A model generated the notes under the pieces. That model made no database searches, had not been told where the DNA came from, and worked only from the letters and a program-made list of their open reading frames with translations. From an uncultured Acidobacteriota bacterium (lineage in GTDB: Bacteria; Acidobacteriota; JAQAZP01): DNA of 64,000 nt. The stretch lies in assembly GCA_963836075.1 (NCBI GenBank), contig CAWIIB010000009.1, positions 32,001 through 96,000 on the forward strand, read 5' to 3'. Position 1 is the stretch's first letter. Each line of letters starts with the position of its first letter. Shown piece by piece: positions 29,512-39,819 of the stretch. Position numbers and translations under genes: made by a program.

Positions 29512-31617
29512 TTACCTTTCCTGGTCAGCCGGTGGGACCAGTTCGTCGGCCAGCGGAGCGGCGTCATACAGTTTGCGCAACGCCTCGAGGACGATGGCCG
29601 AGTGCACAGCCACGCAGCGGTTGTGCACCGGGTCGTTGAGGAACGCGTTGGAGAGCCCCTCGATGTTGCGGTCGAAGTTGATCCCCACCTGCTCCAGCCT
29701 GCTGTTGATCACCGGTGAGCCGGAGTTGCCGCCGATGGTGTCGAGGCTGGAGACGAAGTTCACCGGGGTGGAGAGGTCGAGCTTTTTCTCGCGGTCCCAG
29801 AACCTTTGGGGCAGCATGAACTCACCGCTGTTGCCGAAGGCGTGGGCCCGGTTGAACATGCCGTAGAGGGTGGTCTTGAACGGGGCCAGGGTGCCGTTCA
29901 TCGGATAGCCTTTGGCCTGACCGTAGCTCAGACGCAGGGTGAAGGTGGCGTCGGGGTAAGCGTTCTTGCCCAGCACGGCAAAGCGGGCCCGGGCGATCTG
30001 CTCCCCCGCCGGGGTGAGCACGCTCTCCACCTCACGGCGCTCCCACTCCACGCCGTCACGCAGAATGGGCGCAATCTGACGTGCAAGGGAAATCAGCGGA
30101 TCACTGGCAGCAGTCACCGCCTCGTCACCGCCCTCGATCAGGGCGCGCCGGGCGGCAACATCGGCCAGTGCGGTTTTGGAGATGAGCCTGGCCGCGGCAT
30201 CGTCCAGTGGGCCAAGGCCGATGATGACCTTTGACATGGGGTCGTCCGGCCCCAGCTCCTCGAGGGCGAGTTTCAGCGTGTCGGCCAGCAGCAGCGCCTC
30301 CAGGTCCTGGTAGACCGGGGCCGGCGAATAAAGGTAGAAGAGCTTCTCTTCCAGCTCGGTTTCGTGGAAGTCGTCCAGCCGGTCGGCATCGGGCAACTGG
30401 ATCTCGTGAACATAGTTGACAATGTCCAGTGCGATGCGCACCAGCCGTCCGGCGCCACGGCCGGCCACCAGTTCCCGTACCGCCGACCGGTGAAGCCGGA
30501 TCCCGTGGTTGTCGTAGATCCCGGCCACGCGATCCCAGGCAGCCCCGTAGGCCTTGTTCATCTCCGGGTCCTCGATGACCGCCTTGCGCAGGTTCCACTC
30601 CGCCTCCCCCTTCCAGGCCATCAGCTGCTCGTTTTCCAGGGCCTTGAGCATGCCGCCGTACGCCTTGCGCGAGTTGGAATAACTGAAGTAGAGCACGCCG
30701 CCGCGCCGGGCCTCTTCCTCCCCCCGGGCCCGATACTCGGCGAGCAGTTGGAGAGTGCGGCCGATCTGGCGCAGCTTCAGCGGGTACAAGCTGTCCCGGT
30801 AGTACTCCAGCGCACGCATGGTGCGCAGCCGGCTGGTGCGGCCGGGGTTGCCGGAGATAAAGACCAGCTCGTTCTCCGCCGGGCCGTCGGGGCTCCAGCT
30901 GAACCAGTGGGACGGCTGCAGCGGCTTGCCGTCCTGGTAGACCCGGAAGAAGGCGAAGTCGAGGTTGTAGCGGGGATAGGTGAAGTTGTCCCAGTCACCG
31001 CCGAAAAAGGCCGCCTGCTTCTCCGGGGCCATCACCAGCCGCACGTCGGTGTACTTGCGGTAGCGGTAGAGCCGGTACTCGCCCCCCTGGTAGAGGGTGA
31101 CCACGTCGGAACGCAGTCCGGTCCTCTCCAGGCTCTCGTTGCGGATCAGCGCCATCTCCGCCTTGCGGGCCCGGAGCGCTTCCTGGCTGCTCATCCCCTC
31201 CTTCACCGCGCCGAGCACCCGGGCGGTGACGTTTTCCATCGACTCCGTCACGTTCAGCTCCAGGTCGGCGCAGGGGATCTCCTGGTCGGCGCTCCCGGCG
31301 TAGAACCCGCCGGTCACGTAATCCTTAGCCTCGGTGGACATCTTCTGCAGCTGGCCTACCGCCACGTGGTGGTTGGTGACCACCAGGCCCTGCGGGCTGA
31401 CAAAGGACCCCGAACCGCCGTCGTTGAAGCGCACTGAGGCCAGACGCACGTGATCCAGCCACCCGGGGGTGATCTCGAACCCGTAGGCCTCGCGGATCGC
31501 CTCCACCGGCGGGTTGTCGAAGGTCCACATCCCCTCGTCGGCAATTGCGGGCAGGGTGCAGAACAGGGCGGCCAGAACCAGGCAGGCGGCGCCAGGGAAA
31601 CAGCGGGCGATGCTCAT
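29512..31617 (-). CDS. S46 family dipeptidyl-peptidase
   Basis: Signal peptide then DEGMW, TNHHV, PDATFTLRLSYG, GGNSGSP. Confidence 0.93.
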   Translation of the reverse strand: MSIARCFPGAACLVLAALFCTLPAIADEGMWTFDNPPVEAIREAYGFEITPGWLDHVRLASVRFNDGGSGSFVSPQGLVVTNHHVAVGQLQKMSTEAKDYVTGGFYAGSADQEIPCADLELNVTESMENVTARVLGAVKEGMSSQEALRARKAEMALIRNESLERTGLRSDVVTLYQGGEYRLYRYRKYTDVRLVMAPEKQAAFFGGDWDNFTYPRYNLDFAFFRVYQDGKPLQPSHWFSWSPDGPAENELVFISGNPGRTSRLRTMRALEYYRDSLYPLKLRQIGRTLQLLAEYRARGEEEARRGGVLYFSYSNSRKAYGGMLKALENEQLMAWKGEAEWNLRKAVIEDPEMNKAYGAAWDRVAGIYDNHGIRLHRSAVRELVAGRGAGRLVRIALDIVNYVHEIQLPDADRLDDFHETELEEKLFYLYSPAPVYQDLEALLLADTLKLALEELGPDDPMSKVIIGLGPLDDAAARLISKTALADVAARRALIEGGDEAVTAASDPLISLARQIAPILRDGVEWERREVESVLTPAGEQIARARFAVLGKNAYPDATFTLRLSYGQAKGYPMNGTLAPFKTTLYGMFNRAHAFGNSGEFMLPQRFWDREKKLDLSTPVNFVSSLDTIGGNSGSPVINSRLEQVGINFDRNIEGLSNAFLNDPVHNRCVAVHSAIVLEALRKLYDAAPLADELVPPADQER

Positions 31618-31832
31618 CGGTGCTCTCCTCGATTCTTGGGGGCATGACGGATGATTGCCGGCCCCATTGTACAGCGTCCCCACCGGGTGGCAAGAGTGCC
31701 GGCCGGAACGCGGATTTGCTTGGGCATCGGCGCGGGTCGTGGCATAATCAGCGATGTACCGTTCCAGATAACAGGAAGACCATTCGGGTGCCCGCTCCGG
31801 GCGGAGTGAACCCGCAACCCAGGGAGCCACCA

Positions 31833-32582
31833 ATGAAAGACCGCCTTCGCCTGATGCCCGTTGTCCTGGCCATTGCCGTCATCGCAATCCTGGCCGTGCC
31901 GAGCATGGCCGTTCCACCGCTCCAGGAGACGGAAGTGCTCGAGGAAGAGGCGCTCCAGGAAGCGGAAGTTGTCGATGAACTGGAAGGGATCGCGACGCTG
32001 GAAGAGATCGAGAAGGCCGAAGCGCGCGAGGTGATAGAGGTGCCCCAGACCTCCGAGGAGATACCGATCATCGTCGGCCCCCCGGAAACCGTCGGCGAGG
32101 CCAAGCTGCAAAATGCGGTGCGGCTGGCCCTGCTGGAGCACCTGGAGGACGACGCCTTCTCGATCAGGATCACGGTGGACGGCACCAGTGTGATCCTCAC
32201 CGGCGCCGTGCTCTATCGCTCCACCCAGGAACTGGCCACCGAGGTGGTCAAGTCGGTGGCCGGGGTCCACCGGGTGCGCAACATGATCAGGATCTCCCCC
32301 GACGCGCCGGGCGCGGGTGACAACCCGGCGAAGAAAGCAGGTTCCAACACCGGCGACGAGGTGAGCGACGCCGGCATGGAGACCTGGGTCAAGACCCGCC
32401 TCTTCGACGCCGTCGGCCGCCGCGCCTTTTCCATCGAGGTGGAGGTCACCGGCGGCGCGGTGAGCCTGCGCGGCACCGTGGACAGCGAAGGCTACAAGGT
32501 CCTCGCGGTGGAGGCGGCAGAGTCGGTGACCGGCATCTGGAAGGTGATCGACCTGATCAAGGTGGTGGAGAAAAAGAAATAA
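31833..32582 (+). CDS. Periplasmic BON-domain protein (OsmY-like, 2 BON domains)
   Basis: Signal peptide and two repeats of V.L.G.V...A..V.GV..V.N/D. Confidence 0.85.
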   Translation: MKDRLRLMPVVLAIAVIAILAVPSMAVPPLQETEVLEEEALQEAEVVDELEGIATLEEIEKAEAREVIEVPQTSEEIPIIVGPPETVGEAKLQNAVRLALLEHLEDDAFSIRITVDGTSVILTGAVLYRSTQELATEVVKSVAGVHRVRNMIRISPDAPGAGDNPAKKAGSNTGDEVSDAGMETWVKTRLFDAVGRRAFSIEVEVTGGAVSLRGTVDSEGYKVLAVEAAESVTGIWKVIDLIKVVEKKK

Positions 32583-32616
32583 CAGCAGCGGCGGTTTCCG
32601 GGCAGGTCAGCGACCG

Positions 32617-33432
32617 ATGAGCAGCGTTTCCCCCATCATCCGGCTCCGCCAGGTGGTCAAGACCTATGGCGAGGGCCCCACGGTCCTCGGGGGCATCGAC
32701 CTCGACGTGGCGGACGGCGAGTTCGTCTCCTTTATCGGCCCCAGCGGCTGCGGCAAGTCCACCCTGCTCCGGCTGGCCGCCGGCTTGCGGCCCCTCACCT
32801 CGGGACAAATCTCGGTGGACGGCAAACCGCCGCAGGCCATGTGCCAGGAAATGGCCTTCATTTTCCAGGAACCGGCGCTGTTGCCCTGGCGGACGGTGAT
32901 GGGCAACATCGAGGTCCCGCTGCTGCTCCAGGGCGTTCCCCGGGCGGAGCGGCGCCAGGTTGCCGAGGAGATGATCGACCTGGTGGGTCTGGGGGATGTC
33001 CGCAGCTACTACCCGCGCCAGCTCTCCGGGGGGATGAAGATGCGGGTCTCCCTGGCCCGCGGCCTGACCAAGTCACCAAAGATCATCATCCTCGACGAAC
33101 CGTTCAGCGCCCTCGACGCCATCACCCGGGACCGTCTCAACGAAGACCTGCTGGCCATCCGCAAGGAGAAGGAGTGGACGGCGCTCTACGTCACCCACTC
33201 GGTTCCCGAGGCGGTCTACCTCTCCTCGCGGGTGGTGGTGCTCTGCGGCTGCCCGGGGCACGTGCACCTGGAGATCCCGGTCCCCTTCCCCTACCCCCGG
33301 CCGGCCGCCCTGCGCGAGTCACCGGAGTTCCTCAGCGTGGTGGGCGCCGTGGCCGATGCCCTGCACGAGGCGACGAAGAACACGGCAAACGGCCGGAGAT
33401 CGCCCTGCTGCCCGGAGGCCAGCCATGGGTAA
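32617..33432 (+). CDS. NitT/TauT family ABC transporter ATP-binding protein
   Basis: GPSGCGKST, LSGGMKMRVS, LDEPFSALD. Confidence 0.92.
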   Translation: MSSVSPIIRLRQVVKTYGEGPTVLGGIDLDVADGEFVSFIGPSGCGKSTLLRLAAGLRPLTSGQISVDGKPPQAMCQEMAFIFQEPALLPWRTVMGNIEVPLLLQGVPRAERRQVAEEMIDLVGLGDVRSYYPRQLSGGMKMRVSLARGLTKSPKIIILDEPFSALDAITRDRLNEDLLAIRKEKEWTALYVTHSVPEAVYLSSRVVVLCGCPGHVHLEIPVPFPYPRPAALRESPEFLSVVGAVADALHEATKNTANGRRSPCCPEASHG

Positions 33433-34204
33433 GCCGCTGCACTGGTTTCCGCCCCTGCTCATCGGCGCGGCGCTCCTCGTCTGCTGGGTGGGGGTCAAGG
33501 CCTTCTGGGACCTGCCGGCCTACATCCTCCCCGGCCCGGGCGAGGTGCTGGGCGCGGCCGCGGCGGAACGGGAGACCCTGTTTGCCGCCGCGAGGGACAC
33601 CTTTGCCGGAGCGCTGATCGGCTTCCTCGCCGCGGGCAGCGTCGGTTTCCTGATGTCGCTGGTGCTGGCCTCCTCCAACTGGCTGCGCACCGCGCTGCAC
33701 CCCTGGATCGTCTTTCTGCAGATGATTCCGGTGATCATCCTGGTGCCGATCTTCGTCCTCTGGTTCGGCCCGGGGCTGGTCAGCGTGATCCTGATCACCT
33801 TCATGATCAGCTTCTTTCCCGTGGTGGCCAACACCACCCAGGGGCTGATCTCCGTCCGTGAGAACCACCTCGACCTGTTCCGCATGGCCGGCGCCGGCCC
33901 GCTGCAGGAGATGTTTCTGCTGCGGGTGCCCGCGTCGCTGCCCTACTTCTTCACCGGGTTGAAGATCGCCGCCACCCTGGCGGTGATCGGCGCGCTCACC
34001 GGCGAACTGTTCGCCGGCAGCGCCACCGGGTCGGGGGGGTTGGGGTTCCTGGTGATCATCTACAAGGCGCAGCTGAAGATCCCCGAGCTGTTCGCCACCG
34101 CGGCCACCGCCTGCGGGCTGGGATTTCTCTTTGTCGGCGCGGTGTCGCGGCTGAAATGGCTCTTTCTCCACAAGTGGCACCAATCGGTGGAACGTGAAGA
34201 GTGA
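33425..34204 (+). CDS. NitT/TauT family ABC transporter permease
   Basis: YILPGP, FFPVVANT..GL, P.SLPYFFTGLK. Confidence 0.9.
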   Translation: MGKPLHWFPPLLIGAALLVCWVGVKAFWDLPAYILPGPGEVLGAAAAERETLFAAARDTFAGALIGFLAAGSVGFLMSLVLASSNWLRTALHPWIVFLQMIPVIILVPIFVLWFGPGLVSVILITFMISFFPVVANTTQGLISVRENHLDLFRMAGAGPLQEMFLLRVPASLPYFFTGLKIAATLAVIGALTGELFAGSATGSGGLGFLVIIYKAQLKIPELFATAATACGLGFLFVGAVSRLKWLFLHKWHQSVEREE

Positions 34205-34253
34205 CTGCGGGACGGGGCGCCCCGCGGCCCCGGATCCCGGGAGGGTGGGAACG

Positions 34254-35324
34254 ATGACCAGCACATCCAGAAGAACCTGGCCGGGCCTGCTGCTGGTGGC
34301 AGCGGCCCTGGCCCTGGCCGCCGGGTGCGGCGGGACGGAGAACCCCGACGCACCGGGCGTGGACGGCAGCACCCTCTTCCCCATCGTGGTCCAGCTGGAC
34401 TGGGTGGCCGAGCCGGAGCACGGCGCGTTCTACACCGCCGAGGCCCTGGGCTACTTCACCGCCGAAGGCCTGGACGTGCAGCTGGACCAGGGCGGGGCCA
34501 ACGCCAACGTGCTGGAGAAAGTGGCCACCAACCGGGCGAACTTCGGCCAGTGGGACAGCACAAACTCGATGATCGCCATTCAGGAGGGGCTGCCGATCAT
34601 CAACGTGGCCGCGGTGTTCCAGCACGACCCCTCGGTACTGCTGCTCCACGAGTCGAACCCGGTGGAGGGTTTCGCCGACCTGGACGGCAAACTGATCAAG
34701 GCCCGGCCGGAGTGGGCCTTCCTGCCCTATCTCAAACGGACCTATGGCATCGATTTCCGCATCGTGCCCCAGGATTTCGGCCTGGAGCTGCTGGTGGCCG
34801 ACCCGACCATGATCCAGCAGGGCTACTTCATCGCCGAGCCGTATCATGCCTCCCGGCAGGGGGCGCGGCTGAAGTGGCTCCACGTCTGGGATGCCGGCTA
34901 TGACAACTGCAACACGCTGATCGCCAACAAGACCTTCATCGCCGAACACCCGGAGGAGACCCGGGCCTTCCTCCGCGCCTACTACCGGGGCTACAAGAAA
35001 TACATGGAGGACGACCCGCAGCCGGCCCACCAGCTGATGATGGAGGTCAACAAGCAGGTCACCCCGGCCTTCCTCTCCTGGTCGCGGCTGATGATCCGCG
35101 AACAGAAGCTGGGTCGCGGGGATCCGCAGCGGGGCGGCCCCGGTGACTACCTCGTCCTCTCCCGCCAGCGGATGGCGGACCAGATCGAAATGCTGGAACA
35201 GCTGGAGATCCTCGAACCGGGGAAGCTGTCGGTGGATGACGTGATGACCGACCAGTTCCTGCCGCGGCGGCTGATGGGCCCGCCGGGGGCCAGCTCGGTT
35301 CCCGATGAAGCCGAGGACGAATGA
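34254..35324 (+). CDS. NMT1/THI5-like ABC substrate-binding lipoprotein
   Basis: Lipobox AAGC, QLDWVAEPEHGAFY.A...GYF..EGLDV. Confidence 0.88.
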   Translation: MTSTSRRTWPGLLLVAAALALAAGCGGTENPDAPGVDGSTLFPIVVQLDWVAEPEHGAFYTAEALGYFTAEGLDVQLDQGGANANVLEKVATNRANFGQWDSTNSMIAIQEGLPIINVAAVFQHDPSVLLLHESNPVEGFADLDGKLIKARPEWAFLPYLKRTYGIDFRIVPQDFGLELLVADPTMIQQGYFIAEPYHASRQGARLKWLHVWDAGYDNCNTLIANKTFIAEHPEETRAFLRAYYRGYKKYMEDDPQPAHQLMMEVNKQVTPAFLSWSRLMIREQKLGRGDPQRGGPGDYLVLSRQRMADQIEMLEQLEILEPGKLSVDDVMTDQFLPRRLMGPPGASSVPDEAEDE

Positions 35325-35347
35325 TCAGCAGGGGTGAGCCCCGACGA

Positions 35348-35367
35348 GGGGGGGCAAAAGCCCCCCC
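35348..35367. terminator. Hairpin between convergent genes
   Basis: GGGGGGC-AAAA-GCCCCCC stem with no clear U tract. Confidence 0.4.
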
Positions 35368-35382
35368 GATATCCCGCCAATC

Positions 35383-37080
35383 TCACGGTAATACACCAGT
35401 CACCAGGCAAAGGCCTGTAGCCGTGTCCCCGGCGGCCGGGTACGGCGGCTGGTTGTACGGTGACGGCGTCACGTCTTCGACCACCAGAGTGAATTGGTTG
35501 GTGCCGGCCAGCGAGGCCAGCGCCGGCAGATTCTGCATCCAGACCGCGGAGTAGCTGCCGCCCGGGGCAAGGTTCGTCCAGCCGGCTCGCCAGTTGCCGA
35601 AGATCTGACCGCCGGCCAGGTGGACGTCGATGCTCCCCGAGACCCGGCGCAACTGGCCGGTGTACAGGTTGTTCATCGAAACCGACATCTGCGTGGCAAA
35701 GGGCAGCACCCCCGACATGGGGTCGCAGGTGTAGCTGCAGGCCACGGTCTGGACATCGGGCAGCCAATCCGCGCGGTCGTAGTAAGCCGCATAGGTGGGC
35801 GTGCGGGAATCGGTCCAGGCCACGCCGCGCTGACCGCTGGTCCAGTCATAAGCAGAAGTGAATGGAGCCAACTCCCAGTCGACCTGGCCGGTGTCATTCA
35901 CCGCCACCGGCGTGGACCAGATCGTCGGATCGGACCGGTGGGCCGAGGTGTGCATCGTATTGTAATCCTGCCAGTAGACAACGTGGAAAGAACCATAGCT
36001 GGGGTCTACATCCAGATCGGGCCTGGCCTCATGCAGCGAATACAAACAGGCCAGGCAATAAAATCCGCTCCAGTTCACCCCCTGATCATCGGAGTAGCTG
36101 TAAACGATATCGACATCATCGATGCTGTAAAGCCTGTTGTACACCACCACCACCTCCCCGCCGTCGACCTCGTCGCCGCGAATGGCGGCCACGCGCGGGC
36201 CATAGCAGGTCTGGCTCGAGCCGAGGGTGAGATTGTGGCTCGACTCCCAGCTCAAACCCAGGTTCGTACTGCGGGCGACATAGATGTCCTGAACGTCGCT
36301 CCCGCCTGGTTCGTTGCCATCCCAGGTCACGTAGAGGGTGTATTCCCCGTAGCCGATATCGGGGTAGGGCAACGGACCGCCCGGTTCGGTGTTGTACAGG
36401 CTGAGGTACTGCTCCCAGGAGAGCCCGAGGTCCACGGACCTGGCCACCCTGACGTAGTGCCCCTCCTGCCCTCCCAGGTTCGTGTCGATGACCCAGGTGA
36501 CATAGAGCCAGTAGTTGCCGGGATAGTCACAGTCATCGGTGATGATCCCGGGATTGTGGACGCCAAGGCTGCCCCCCTCGACAATGGAAGAGGTGTGCTC
36601 CAAGGTGTCGAGATTGACGGCCGTCACCCATATGTTGTCGACAAACTCATACGCGATATAGAGGTAATCCTGCGTGTTCTCGGGCAGGGCAAGTGCGGGA
36701 TCGTGCAGGTCCCCGGCGGCTCCACCCACGAGATTGACGAAATGGTGCCAACTGTTCCCGCCATCCGTCGATCGGTAAATATAAATGTGCGTGTTATCCA
36801 GATCTATGCTCTCCCAGGCGAGGAACATCCCCCGGGTGTCGGAGCTGACCATATCCAGCCTCGCCTCGATGTCCGGGTCCCGGTCGGCGATCAGGACATC
36901 GTCGCCGAACAGCGCAGCAGGGCCGCTCCCCTTTTCCCCCGGGTCACCGCTGAAACGAACCTCCGGCGCGGCCTTCGGGGAAGATCCGTCCTGAATCGCC
37001 GGTTTTCCCTGGGCCGAACCAGCACACAGCGCCAGAACGAGGACCGCCGCCAGGGTGCATTCGAATATCCTGTTCATCAC
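35383..37080 (-). CDS. Secreted Asp-box (BNR/sialidase-like propeller) protein with distinct C-terminal domain
   Basis: Signal peptide and Asp-boxes RSTDGGNSW, RSVDLGLSW, RSTNLGLSW, YSDDQGVNW. Confidence 0.78.
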   Translation of the reverse strand: MMNRIFECTLAAVLVLALCAGSAQGKPAIQDGSSPKAAPEVRFSGDPGEKGSGPAALFGDDVLIADRDPDIEARLDMVSSDTRGMFLAWESIDLDNTHIYIYRSTDGGNSWHHFVNLVGGAAGDLHDPALALPENTQDYLYIAYEFVDNIWVTAVNLDTLEHTSSIVEGGSLGVHNPGIITDDCDYPGNYWLYVTWVIDTNLGGQEGHYVRVARSVDLGLSWEQYLSLYNTEPGGPLPYPDIGYGEYTLYVTWDGNEPGGSDVQDIYVARSTNLGLSWESSHNLTLGSSQTCYGPRVAAIRGDEVDGGEVVVVYNRLYSIDDVDIVYSYSDDQGVNWSGFYCLACLYSLHEARPDLDVDPSYGSFHVVYWQDYNTMHTSAHRSDPTIWSTPVAVNDTGQVDWELAPFTSAYDWTSGQRGVAWTDSRTPTYAAYYDRADWLPDVQTVACSYTCDPMSGVLPFATQMSVSMNNLYTGQLRRVSGSIDVHLAGGQIFGNWRAGWTNLAPGGSYSAVWMQNLPALASLAGTNQFTLVVEDVTPSPYNQPPYPAAGDTATGLCLVTGVLP

Positions 37081-37127
37081 TCTCTCCTTTCACTGATGGT
37101 CGTCACTCAATTTTTCCGGGATCCGTC

Positions 37128-38409
37128 TCAGCGCAACCAGAAGCAGAGACAGAGAAAGAGCAGCATCACCCCGGCGACAGCAGCGGTTGCCGACTTCCGT
37201 ACCAAAAATCTGCTGACCAGCCAGCTGGCCAGCAGGGTGAGCAGTGAAACGGCGGCGTATTTGAGCAGCGCCGGGGCCGGCCAGGAGAGGGCTGCCAGCT
37301 GCAACGCCACCTGCGGCGGCAGGTGAACCAGGTAGATGTCATAGGAACTGGCCGAGAGCTCCCGCCAGGGGGTGGTGGGCCGGTCGGCACGGCGCTCGAA
37401 AAAGGTGAGCGCCCAGACCGTCACGGTGAACAGGAGAAAGATCCGCAGGAAACGGGAGAGCAGGACGAGAACCGGTGACGGGTCGGGCACGCCGAACGTC
37501 GACAGAACGGAGGGAAAGTAAACCGCGGTCGCCAGCAACGCCAAAGCCAGCCAGACCACCGGGGGAGCGAGCGCGAGCAGCCGCGGCAGCAGGTTTCGCC
37601 GCTCCGCGTGGATCCCGGCGATGAAGAGGCCGAGGTAAATCGGCGCCTTGGCCGGCTGGAACTGGAGCAGGCCGCCGAAGGTGACCCAGATGTGGCCGTT
37701 GAAGACGGCGCAGGACAGGGCGTAGACCAGCCCCAGGACCAGGCCGAAGCCGCCGACCTGCAGCAACAGAAGCCCCCGTGACGGCGGGTTCCCTGGATCC
37801 GGGTTCCCTCCGCCGCCGCCCCGTCTTCCTTGCAACAGCCGGAAGACGCAATACCCGGAGAAGAAGACGAAGAGCATCATCAGGAACCAGTACCTGGTTG
37901 ACCAGCAGCTCGGTTGACCGGCCGGGCAGCCCGGTGGTGACCGTCATGCCGTCCTTCAGGAATACATACCAGAAGGCCAGAAAGCCCAAGGGATCTGAGC
38001 CGGTCTCCGCGGAGCGCAGCCACTGCCGGATGAAGGGCATGATCGGACTGAAAAAGAGGGTGCAGAGGACGAAGGGCGCCAGCAGCCGCCGCACCTTGGC
38101 GGCCATGAAGCGGGCGGGGCCGTTCCGTCCGTACGAGGGCCGGGCCAGCAGGCCGGAAATGAAGAAGAGCACCGGCATCAGCACAACGTCAAAAAAGAGG
38201 ATGAAGTGCAAGGCCCACGGAATCGTCTTCGAGTCGATCACATACCACCAGGGGCAGATCATGCTGTAGGGGAGAATGGCATGGAAGAGGACGACGAAGA
38301 CGATGACCACGGAACGGATGTTGTCCAGGTAGTGCAGCCGTTCCCCGGGGCTGCCGCCGGCCGGTGGTGAACTCACTGTTTCCATTTCAACATCGTCTTC
38401 GTGGATCAT
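37128..38409 (-). CDS. Acyltransferase 3 family (OpgC/MdoC-like), frameshifted near 37893
   Basis: RLHYLDNIR, MPVLFFISG, RRLLAPF. Removing one G in CAGGTAC restores NQ-YWFLMMLF and runs on to SYDIYLVH. Confidence 0.8.
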
Positions 38410-38449
38410 GCCGTACCTCACCCCCGGGCGATTGCGGAAAACGGATGGC

Positions 38450-38893
38450 CTACTTGAGGATCAATTCGCGGGCCAGTTTGTCGCCGAGGATCCGCCGGAT
38501 CTCGTTGCGGTGGGCGGCCCCCTTCTCGTAGTCGTCGTCCGCCCCGGCCACCCGCTCGTAAATGTCGAGGAATTTCTGGTCAATGCCGTCAAGGGCGGCC
38601 ATGTTCTTGAACTCGGTCATCATCATCAGGTCCCAGTCGTCGGGCGTGGCCGCTGTGGACGAGAAGATGCGGTAGGAGAGGATGACCCCTTCCTTTTTCG
38701 CCTCCTCCAGGATCGGGACCATCAGCGCCTTCAGTTCCGTGAGATAGAGCTCCCCCATCCCCTCCACGGTCTTGATGAAGGTGATGTTCCAGACCGTGCC
38801 CTCGGTGTAAGGCAGTTCGACCGCCTGAACCGAACCGGCGCAGACCGCAAGAACCAGAACCGCTGCCAGGATGCATCCGAATACCTTGTTCAT
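38450..38893 (-). CDS. Secreted hypothetical protein
   Basis: RBS GGGAGAGAG, signal peptide, coherent 147-aa ORF (YTEGTVWNITFIK...). Confidence 0.75.
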   Translation of the reverse strand: MNKVFGCILAAVLVLAVCAGSVQAVELPYTEGTVWNITFIKTVEGMGELYLTELKALMVPILEEAKKEGVILSYRIFSSTAATPDDWDLMMMTEFKNMAALDGIDQKFLDIYERVAGADDDYEKGAAHRNEIRRILGDKLARELILK

Positions 38894-39222
38894 CGCTCTC
38901 TCCCTTCAAGGAAATGTTGATCTCCGTCGCCAGCGGCTGATTGCCGCCGCCCGCCGACACCATTCGCCATCACCCGTTAACGCGACAAAGGAGGAGGAAA
39001 CCCGACAGCGGCCCGAGCCCGGTCGGGCTCCCCGGCGAAATATCGCGTTAACAGTCAGAGAGAAATGTCTGCCGGCAGGCCGCCCGGCCCGGGATCACCC
39101 CGGGCCGGTGGTCACCCGTCTGCCAATCGGCGCTTGTATCCCCAATCAATTACTGGGATAATCAAAATAGTTTTTCGTCAGGGAATTCCCCGTCAGGGGC
39201 TCCACACCGGGATACAGGCCCG

Positions 39223-39819
39223 ATGGACAGCAGCGAAGACCTGACACAGCTCCTGGTCGACGCCGGTGAGGGCAGCCGCGACGCCATGGACCGGCTGCTG
39301 CCGTTGGTCTACGACGAGTTGCACCGCCTGGCCGGCGGCCTGATGCGCCGCGAGCGCCCCGATCACACCCTGCAGGCCACCGCCCTGGTCCACGAGGCCT
39401 ATCTCAAGCTGGTGGACCAGACCCGCGTCCAGTGGCGCAACCGGACCCATTTCTTCGCCGTGGCGGCCCAGGCCATCCGCCGCATCCTCGTCGATCACGC
39501 CCGGACACACCGCAGGATCAAGCGGGGCGGCGGCGGGGTGAAAGTCGCCCTCGACGACAAGGTGGCCGCCTTCGCCACACCGGTGGTCGACGTCATCGCC
39601 CTCGACGAGGCGCTGACCAGACTCGCCGAATCGCACCCCGAGGAAGCACGGATCGTGGAATACCGGTTCTTCGCCGGCCTGACCACCGGGGAGGCCGCCG
39701 AGCTGCTGGACACCACCTCCAGGACGGTGGAGCGCAGGTGGCGCTTCGCCCGGGCCTGGCTCTTCCAGGCGCTCGAAGCCGCGCCTTCCCCGCCGGCAGG
39801 AGACAGCAGGGATGACTGA
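39223..39819 (+). CDS. ECF sigma factor, kinase-associated (TIGR02999-like)
   Basis: LVYDELHRLA, HTLQATALVHEAYLKL, RRILVDHAR, W..ARAWL. Confidence 0.92.
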   Translation: MDSSEDLTQLLVDAGEGSRDAMDRLLPLVYDELHRLAGGLMRRERPDHTLQATALVHEAYLKLVDQTRVQWRNRTHFFAVAAQAIRRILVDHARTHRRIKRGGGGVKVALDDKVAAFATPVVDVIALDEALTRLAESHPEEARIVEYRFFAGLTTGEAAELLDTTSRTVERRWRFARAWLFQALEAAPSPPAGDSRDD

